From NCBI GenBank assembly GCA_964057225.1, contig OZ059900.1:26040001-26104000 (forward strand): a stretch of 64,000 bases of DNA. Reading direction: 5' to 3'. The DNA comes from Auanema rhodensis. Lineage: Eukaryota > Animalia > Nematoda. Positions 54,601 to 64,000 of this stretch are shown here, in pieces. Numbering within the stretch: the first letter of the stretch is position 1; every line of letters starts with the position of its first letter. The notes beneath the pieces are model-generated. The model was not told the DNA's origin. It did not search any database and saw only the letters and a list, made by a program, of their open reading frames with translations. The translations under genes were made by a program, and so were the position numbers.

Positions 54601-57600
54601 ATTTCCTTAATTTTCTAACCCCTGTTTTTTTGTCGTGAAAGTGGAACTAGACGTTGTACGAACAATTTTGAGCTAAGTTTCATTGACATTGCATGAGTTT
54701 GAACACATGAAATCGTAAGTCAAAACCTTGTTTACAGCGAAATTTCCAAAAACTGGTTTTCCAGCATAATAAAATATTTCTCATGAGAAATACTGTGTTT
54801 TTGTATTTTTTTAATGTTCAGCATGTAAAATGCTTCATTTTGATATGTAAAACGCTGAAATTCGTTGCATTTGACGATTCATATGAACAAAAATCGATTT
54901 TATCAATATTAGCCATAAGGGGCGTGCCCTCAGAATATGCTAATTTCCTTAATTTTCTAACCCCTGTTTTTTGTCGTGAAAGTGGAACTAGACGTTGTAC
55001 GAACAATTTTGAGCAAGGTTTCATTGACATTGCATGAGTTTGAACACATGAAATCGTAAGTCAAAACCTTGTTTACAGCGAAATTTCCAAAAACTGGTTT
55101 TCCAGCATAATACAATATTTCTCATGGGAAATACTGTGTTTTTATATTTTTCTAGTGTTCAGCATATAAAATGCTTCATTTTAGTATGTAACACGCTGAA
55201 ATTCGTTGCATTTGACGACTCATATGAACAAAAATCGATTTTATCAATATTAGCCATAAGGGGCGTGCCCTCAGAATATGCTAATTTCCTTAATTTTCTA
55301 ACCCCTGTTTTTTTGTCGTGAAAGTGGAACTAGACGTTGTACGAACAGTTTTGAGCTAGGTTTCATTGACATTGCATGAGTTTGAACACATGAAATCGTA
55401 AGTCAAAACCTTGTTTACAGCGAAATTTCCAAAAACTGGTTTTCCAGCATAATAAAATATTTCTCATGGGAAATACTGTGTTTTTGTATTTTTTCAGTGT
55501 TCAGCATGTAAAATGCTTCATTTTAGTATGTAACACGCTGAAATTCGTTGCATTTGACGACTCATATGAACAAAAATCGATTTTATCAATATTAGCCATA
55601 AGGGGCGTGCCCTCAGAATATGCTAATTTCCTTAATTTTCTAACCCCTGTTTTTTTGTCGTGAAAGTGGAACTAGACGTTGTACGAACAATTTTGAGCTA
55701 GGTTTCATTGACATTGCATGAGTTTGAACACATGCAATCGTAAGTCAAAACCTTGTTTACAGCGAAATTTCCAAAAACTGGTTTTCCAGCATAATAAAAT
55801 ATTTCTCATGGGAAAAACTGTGTTTTTGTATTTTTCTAGTGTTCAGCATGTAAAATGCTTTATTTTAATATGTAACACGCTGAAATTCGTTGCATTTGAC
55901 GACTCATATGAACAAAAATCGATTTAATCAATATTAGCCATAAGGGGCGTGCCCTCAGAATATGCTAATTTCCTTAATTTTCTAACCCCTGTTTTTTTGT
56001 CGTGAAAGTGGAACTAGACGTTGTACGAACAATTTTGAGCTAAGTTTCATTGACATTGCATGAGTTTGAACACATGAAATCGTAAGTCAAAACCTTGTTT
56101 ACAGCGAAATTTCCAAAAACTGGTTTTCCAGCATAATAAAATATTTCTCAAGGGAAAAACTGTGTTTTCATATTTTTCAAGTGTTCAGCATGTAAAATGC
56201 TTCATTTTAGTATGTAACACGCTGAAATTCCTTGCATTTGACGACTCATATGAACAAAAATCGATTTAATCAATATTAGCCATAAGGGGCGTGCCCTCAG
56301 AATATGCTAATTTCCTTAATTTTCTAACCCCTGTTTTTTTGTCGTGAAAGTGGAACTAGACGTTGTACGAACAATTTTGAGCTAGGTTTCATTGACATTG
56401 CATGAGTTTGAACACATGAAATCGTAAGTCAAAACCTTGTTTACAGCGAAATTTCCAAAAACTGGTTTTCCAGCATAATAAAATATTTCTCATGAGAAAT
56501 ACTGTGTTTTTGTATTTTTTTAATGTTCAGCATGTAAAACGCTTCATTTTGATATGTAAAACGCTGAAATTCGTTGCATTTGACGACTCATATGAACAAA
56601 AATCGATTTTATCAATATTAGCCATAAGGGGCGTGCCCTCAGAATATGCTAATTTCCTTAATTTTCTAACCCCTGTTTTTTTGTCGTGAAAGTGGAACTA
56701 GACGTTGTACGAACAATTTTGAGCTAGGTTTCATTGACATTGCATGAGTTTGAACACATGAAATCGTAAGTCAAAACCTTGTTTACAGCGAAATTTCCAA
56801 AAACTGGTTTTCCAGCATAATACAATATTTCTCATGGGAAATACTGTGTTTTTATATTTTTCTAGTGTTCAGCATGTAAAATGCTTCATTTTAGTATGTA
56901 ACACGCTGAAATTCGTTGCATTTGACGACTCATATGAACAAAAATCGATTTTATCAATATTAGCCATAAGGGGCGTGCCCTCAGAATATGCTAATTTCCT
57001 TAATTTTCTAACCCCTGTTTTTTTGTCGTGAAAGTGGAACTAGACGTTGTACGAACAGTTTTGAGCTAGGTTTCATTGACATTGCATGAGTTTGAACACA
57101 TGAAATCGTAAGTCAAAACCTTGTTTACAGCGAAATTTCCAAAAACTGGTTTTCCAGCATAATAAAATATTTCTCATGGGAAATACTGTGTTTTTGTATT
57201 TTTTCAGTGTTCAGCATGTAAAATGCTTCATTTTAGTATGTAACACGCTGAAATTCGTTGCATTTGACGACTCATATGAACAAAAATCGATTTAATCAAT
57301 ATTAGCCATAAGGGGCGTGCCCTCAGAATATGCTAATTTCCTTAATTTTCTAACCCCTGTTTTTTTGTCGTGAAAGTGGAACTAGACGTTGTACGAACAA
57401 TTTTGAACTAGGTTTCATTGACATTGCATGAGTTTGAACACATGAAATCGTAAGTCAAAACCTTGTTTACAGCGAAATTTCCAAAAACTGGTTTTCCAGC
57501 ATAATAAAATATTTCTCATGGGAAATACTGTGTTTTTGTATTTTTTTAGTGTTCAGCATGTAAAATGCGTCATTTTAGTATGTAAAACGCTGAAATTCGT

Positions 57601-60600
57601 TGCATTTGACGACTCATATGAACAAAAATCGATTTTATCAATATTAGCCATAAGGGGCGTGCCCTCAGAATATGCTAATTTCCTTAATTCTCTAACCCCT
57701 GTTTTTTTGTCGTGAAAGTGGAACTAGACGTTGTACGAACAATTTTGAGCTAGGTTTCATTGACATTGCATGAGTTTGAACACATGAAATCGTAAGTCAA
57801 AACCTTGTTTACAGCGAAATTTCCAAAAACTGGTTTTCCAGCATATTAAAATATTTCTCAAGGGAAAAACTGTGTTTTCATATTTTTCAAGTGTTCAGCA
57901 TGTAAAATGCTTCATTTTAGTATGTAACACGCTGAAATTCCTTGCATTTGACGACTCATATGAACAAAAATCGATTTAATCAATATTAGCCATAAGGGGC
58001 ATGCCCTCAGAATTTGCTAATTTCCTTATATTTCTAACCCCTGTTTTTTTGTCGTGAAAGTGGAACTAGACGTTGTACGAACAATTTTGAGCTAGGTTTC
58101 ATTGACATTGCATGAGTTTGAACACATGAAATCGTAAGTCAAAACCTTGTTTACAGCGAAATTTCCAAAAACTGGTTTTCCAGCATAATAAAATATTTCT
58201 CATGGGAAATACTGTGTTTTTGTATTTTTCTAGTGTTCAGCATGTAAAATGCTTCATTTTAGTATGTAACACGCTGAAATTTGTTGCATTTGACGACTCA
58301 TATGAACAAAAATCGATTTAATCAATATTAGCCATAAGGGGCGTGCCCTCAGAATATGCTAATTTCCTTAATTTTCTAACCCCTGTTTTTTTGTCGTGAA
58401 AGTGGAACTAGACGTTGTACGAACAATTTTGAGCTAGGTTTCATTGACATTGCATGAGTTTGAACACATGAAATCGTAAGTCAAAAACCTTGTTTACAGC
58501 GAAATTTCCAAAAACTGGTTTTCCAGCATAATACAATATTTCTCAAGGGAAAAACTGTGTTTTTATATTTTTCTAGTGTTCAGCATGTAAAATGCTTCAT
58601 TTTAGTATGTAACACGCTGAAATTCGTTGCATTTGACGACTCATATGAACAAAAATCGATTTTATCAATATTAGCCATAAGGGGCGTGCCCTCAGAATAT
58701 GCTAATTTCCTTAATTTTCTAACCCCTGTTTTTTTGTCGTGAAAGTGGAACTAGACGTTGTACGAACAGTTTTGAGCTAGGTTTCATTGACATTGCATGA
58801 GTTTGAACACATGAAATCGTAAGTCAAAACCTTGTTTACAGCGAAATTTCCAAAAACTGGTTTTCCAGCATAATAAAATATTTCTCATGGGAAATACTGT
58901 GTTTTTGTATTTTTTCAGTGTTCAGCATGTAAAATGCTTCATTTTAGTATGTAACACGCTGAAATTCGTTGCATTTGACGACTCATATGAACAAAAATCG
59001 ATTTAATCAATATTAGCCATAAGGGGCGTGCCCTCAGAATATGCTAATTTCCTTAATTTTCTAACCCCTGTTTTTTTGTCGTGAAAGTGAAACTAGACGT
59101 TGTACGAACAATTTTGAGCTAGGTTTCATTGACATTGCATGAGTTTGAACACATGAAATCGTAAGTCAAAACCTTGTTTACAGCGAAATTTCCAAAAACT
59201 GGTTTTCCAGCATAATACAATATTTCTCATGGGAAATACTGTGTTTTTATATTTTTCTAGTGTTCAGCATGTAAAATGCTTCATTTTAGTATGTAACACG
59301 CTGAAATTCGTTGCATTTGACGACTCATATGAACAAAAATCGATTTTATCAATATTAGCCATAAGGGGCGTGCCCTCAGAATATGCTAATTTCCTTAATT
59401 TTCTAACCCCTGTTTTTTTGTCGTGAAAGTGGAACTAGACGTTGTACGAACAGTTTTGAGCTAGGTTTCATTGACATTGCATGAGTTTGAACACATGAAA
59501 TCGTAAGTCAAAACCTTGTTTACAGCGAAATTTCCAAAAACTGGTTTTCCAGCATAATAAAATATTTCTCATGGGAAATACTGTGTTTTTGTATTTTTTC
59601 AGTGTTCAGCATGTAAAATGCTTCATTTTAGTATGTAACACGCTGAAATTCGTTGCATTTGACGACTCATATGAACAAAAATCGATTTAATCAATATTAG
59701 CCATAAGGGGCGTGCCCTCAGAATATGCTAATTTCCTTAATTTTCTAACCCCTGTTTTTTTGTCGTGAAAGTGGAACTAGACGTTGTACGAACAATTTTG
59801 AGCTAGGTTTCATTGACATTGCATGAGTTTGAACACATGAAATCGTAAGTCAAAACCTTGTTTACAGCGAAATTTCCAAAAACTGGTTTTCCAGCATAAT
59901 AAAATATTTCTCATGGGAAATACTGTGTTTTTGTATTTTTTTAGTGTTCAGCATGTAAAATGCGTCATTTTAGTATGTAAAACGCTGAAATTCGTTGCAT
60001 TTGACGACTCATATGAACAAAAATCGATTTTATCAATATTAGCCATAAGGGGCGTGCCCTCAGAATATGCTAATTTCCTTAATTTTCTAACCCCTGTTTT
60101 TTTGTCGTGAAAGTGGAACTAGACGTTGTACGAACAATTTTGAGCTAAGTTTCATTGACATTGCATGAGTTTGAACACATGAAATCGTAAGTCAAAACCT
60201 TGTTTACAGCGAAATTTCCAAAAACTGGTTTTCCAGCATAATAAAATATTTCTCATGAGAAATACTGTGTTTTTGTATTTTTTTAATGTTCAGCATGTAA
60301 AATGCTTCATTTTGATATGTAAAACGCTGAAATTCGTTGCATTTGACGATTCATATGAACAAAAATCGATTTTATCAATATTAGCCATAAGGGGCGTGCC
60401 CTCAGAATATGCTAATTTCCTTAATTTTCTAACCCCTGTTTTTTGTCGTGAAAGTGGAACTAGACGTTGTACGAACAATTTTGAGCAAGGTTTCATTGAC
60501 ATTGCATGAGTTTGAACACATGAAATCGTAAGTCAAAACCTTGTTTACAGCGAAATTTCCAAAAACTGGTTTTCCAGCATAATACAATATTTCTCATGGG

Positions 60601-63600
60601 AAATACTGTGTTTTTATATTTTTCTAGTGTTCAGCATATAAAATGCTTCATTTTAGTATGTAACACGCTGAAATTCGTTGCATTTGACGACTCATATGAA
60701 CAAAAATCGATTTTATCAATATTAGCCATAAGGGGCGTGCCCTCAGAATATGCTAATTTCCTTAATTTTCTAACCCCTGTTTTTTTGTCGTGAAAGTGGA
60801 ACTAGACGTTGTACGAACAGTTTTGAGCTAGGTTTCATTGACATTGCATGAGTTTGAACACATGAAATCGTAAGTCAAAACCTTGTTTACAGCGAAATTT
60901 CCAAAAACTGGTTTTCCAGCATAATAAAATATTTCTCATGGGAAATACTGTGTTTTTGTATTTTTTCAGTGTTCAGCATGTAAAATGCTTCATTTTAGTA
61001 TGTAACACGCTGAAATTCGTTGCATTTGACGACTCATATGAACAAAAATCGATTTTATCAATATTAGCCATAAGGGGCGTGCCCTCAGAATATGCTAATT
61101 TCCTTAATTTTCTAACCCCTGTTTTTTTGTCGTGAAAGTGGAACTAGACGTTGTACGAACAATTTTGAGCTAGGTTTCATTGACATTGCATGAGTTTGAA
61201 CACATGCAATCGTAAGTCAAAACCTTGTTTACAGCGAAATTTCCAAAAACTGGTTTTCCAGCATAATAAAATATTTCTCATGGGAAAAACTGTGTTTTTG
61301 TATTTTTCTAGTGTTCAGCATGTAAAATGCTTTATTTTAATATGTAACACGCTGAAATTCGTTGCATTTGACGACTCATATGAACAAAAATCGATTTAAT
61401 CAATATTAGCCATAAGGGGCGTGCCCTCAGAATATGCTAATTTCCTTAATTTTCTAACCCCTGTTTTTTTGTCGTGAAAGTGGAACTAGACGTTGTACGA
61501 ACAATTTTGAGCTAAGTTTCATTGACATTGCATGAGTTTGAACACATGAAATCGTAAGTCAAAACCTTGTTTACAGCGAAATTTCCAAAAACTGGTTTTC
61601 CAGCATAATAAAATATTTCTCAAGGGAAAAACTGTGTTTTCATATTTTTCAAGTGTTCAGCATGTAAAATGCTTCATTTTAGTATGTAACACGCTGAAAT
61701 TCCTTGCATTTGACGACTCATATGAACAAAAATCGATTTAATCAATATTAGCCATAAGGGGCGTGCCCTCAGAATATGCTAATTTCCTTAATTTTCTAAC
61801 CCCTGTTTTTTTGTCGTGAAAGTGGAACTAGACGTTGTACGAACAATTTTGAGCTAGGTTTCATTGACATTGCATGAGTTTGAACACATGAAATCGTAAG
61901 TCAAAACCTTGTTTACAGCGAAATTTCCAAAAACTGGTTTTCCAGCATAATAAAATATTTCTCATGAGAAATACTGTGTTTTTGTATTTTTTTAATGTTC
62001 AGCATGTAAAACGCTTCATTTTGATATGTAAAACGCTGAAATTCGTTGCATTTGACGACTCATATGAACAAAAATCGATTTTATCAATATTAGCCATAAG
62101 GGGCGTGCCCTCAGAATATGCTAATTTCCTTAATTTTCTAACCCCTGTTTTTTTGTCGTGAAAGTGGAACTAGACGTTGTACGAACAATTTTGAGCTAGG
62201 TTTCATTGACATTGCATGAGTTTGAACACATGAAATCGTAAGTCAAAACCTTGTTTACAGCGAAATTTCCAAAAACTGGTTTTCCAGCATAATACAATAT
62301 TTCTCATGGGAAATACTGTGTTTTTATATTTTTCTAGTGTTCAGCATGTAAAATGCTTCATTTTAGTATGTAACACGCTGAAATTCGTTGCATTTGACGA
62401 CTCATATGAACAAAAATCGATTTTATCAATATTAGCCATAAGGGGCGTGCCCTCAGAATATGCTAATTTCCTTAATTTTCTAACCCCTGTTTTTTTGTCG
62501 TGAAAGTGGAACTAGACGTTGTACGAACAGTTTTGAGCTAGGTTTCATTGACATTGCATGAGTTTGAACACATGAAATCGTAAGTCAAAACCTTGTTTAC
62601 AGCGAAATTTCCAAAAACTGGTTTTCCAGCATAATAAAATATTTCTCATGGGAAATACTGTGTTTTTGTATTTTTTCAGTGTTCAGCATGTAAAATGCTT
62701 CATTTTAGTATGTAACACGCTGAAATTCGTTGCATTTGACGACTCATATGAACAAAAATCGATTTAATCAATATTAGCCATAAGGGGCGTGCCCTCAGAA
62801 TATGCTAATTTCCTTAATTTTCTAACCCCTGTTTTTTTGTCGTGAAAGTGGAACTAGACGTTGTACGAACAATTTTGAACTAGGTTTCATTGACATTGCA
62901 TGAGTTTGAACACATGAAATCGTAAGTCAAAACCTTGTTTACAGCGAAATTTCCAAAAACTGGTTTTCCAGCATAATAAAATATTTCTCATGGGAAATAC
63001 TGTGTTTTTGTATTTTTTTAGTGTTCAGCATGTAAAATGCGTCATTTTAGTATGTAAAACGCTGAAATTCGTTGCATTTGACGACTCATATGAACAAAAA
63101 TCGATTTTATCAATATTAGCCATAAGGGGCGTGCCCTCAGAATATGCTAATTTCCTTAATTCTCTAACCCCTGTTTTTTTGTCGTGAAAGTGGAACTAGA
63201 CGTTGTACGAACAATTTTGAGCTAGGTTTCATTGACATTGCATGAGTTTGAACACATGAAATCGTAAGTCAAAACCTTGTTTACAGCGAAATTTCCAAAA
63301 ACTGGTTTTCCAGCATATTAAAATATTTCTCAAGGAAAAAACTGTGTTTTCATATTTTTCAAGTGTTCAGCATGTAAAATGCTTCATTTTAATATGTAAC
63401 ACGCTGAAATTCGTTGCATTTGACGACTCATATGAACAAAAATCGATTTAATCAATATTAGCCATAAGGGGCGTGCCCTCAGAATATGCTAATTTCCTTA
63501 ATTTTCTAACCCCTGTTTTTTTGTCGTGAAAGTGGAACTAGACGTTGTACGAACAATTTTGAGCTAAGTTTCATTGACATTGCATGAGTTTGAACACATG

Positions 63601-64000
63601 AAATCGTAAGTCAAAACCTTGTTTACAGCGAAATTTCCAAAAACTGGTTTTCCAGCATAATAAAATATTTCTCATGAGAAATACTGTGTTTTTGTATTTT
63701 TTTAATGTTCAGCATGTAAAACGCTTCATTTTGATATGTAAAACGCTGAAATTCGTTGCATTTGACGACTCATATGAACAAAAATCGATTTTATCAATAT
63801 TAGCCATAAGGGGCGTGCCCTCAGAATATGCTAATTTCCTTAATTTTCTAACCCCTGTTTTTTTGTCGTGAAAGTGGAACTAGACGTTGTACGAACAATT
63901 TTGAGCTAGGTTTCATTGACATTGCATGAGTTTGAACACATGAAATCGTAAGTCAAAAACCTTGTTTACAGCGAAATTTCCAAAAACTGGTTTTCCAGCA
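51644..64000 (+). repeat. 16-monomer higher-order repeat, period 5472 bp; the first copy carries an extra 4-mer (1367 bp) and a third copy appears to begin at 63955
   Basis: Offset is +6839 for 51718>58557, 52390>59229 and 53074>59913, then +5472 for 54441>59913 through 57518>62990. The internal +1367 is seen at 53074>54441, 53416>54783 and 53757>55124. The A5 monomer start occurs at 51644, 58483 and 63955. Confidence 0.88.

Larger units (their letters stand above)
1..64000. repeat. Tandem satellite DNA array, 342-bp monomer, 187 full copies plus a partial one, single orientation; probable centromeric/pericentromeric heterochromatin
   Basis: The unit aaaaccttgtttacagcgaaatttcc...gaaatcgtaagtc recurs at 1, 343, 685, 1028, 1370 ... 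63955. ORF-track hits recur at multiples of 342 (+/-1). No foreign sequence was seen. The tandem repeat is directly observed; the centromeric role is inferred from monomer size, AT richness and homogeneity. Confidence 0.99.

Noticed and set aside
759-63871. Repeated 61-84 aa ORFs (MGNTVFLYF..., MRNTV..., MSLNTCN..., MSMKP...) as a tandem micro-protein family
   Set aside because: They track the 342-bp period and toggle with single variants: tttt/ttta at monomer position 180 creates a TAA, tga>tgc opens another frame, and the T-tract deletion creates the 84/70-aa forms. Most variants are non-synonymous and no domain is recognisable. Ribo-seq or proteomic evidence would be needed to revive the idea.
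1-64000. CRISPR array or other repeat-spacer/cassette system
   Set aside because: There are no unique spacers or cargo. The whole unit is repeated with only point variants, and no cas, integrase or reverse transcriptase gene is present.
1-64000. Transposon insertion, MITE array or strand inversion within the array
   Set aside because: Register is kept within +/-2 bp throughout and all monomers are on one strand. I found no terminal inverted repeats or target-site duplications bounding the unit.
1-64000. Artefact such as a rolling-circle or concatemer product of one 342-bp template
   Set aside because: Variants are linked into reproducible haplotypes and hierarchical blocks, not random errors. 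Individual near-perfect duplications still need read validation.

Overview
The whole 64-kb window is one uninterrupted head-to-tail array of an AT-rich (~34% GC by hand count) 342-bp satellite. It holds 187 complete monomers (1-63954) plus the start of a 188th, all in the same orientation and differing at only a few diagnostic positions each. I see no genes, RNA genes, transposons, CRISPR spacers or inversions, and the repeated 61-84 aa ORFs are by-products of the repeat unit. It looks like eukaryotic centromeric/pericentromeric heterochromatin, but I cannot name the organism or satellite family. The informative signal is the order of monomer variants, labelled here as P (caaggg..cata..caag..ttcctt), Q (tctag..tttgtt), B (aataca..tttata..cagtt), C (ttcag), D (gcgtc..aaaacg), A (catgag..taat..ttgata), E (gggaaaaa..tttatt..aata) and G (agcaaa..aatata..acagtg). 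This order reveals nested, locally restricted higher-order duplications of 2, 4, 6, 7/8, 9, 16, 20 and 25 monomers, three variant domains and chimeric monomers. The monomer itself shows traces of an ancient 2x171-bp dimer, several dyad symmetries and phased A/T tracts. I found no support for a novel gene system; the novelty here, if any, is the satellite and its expansion history.
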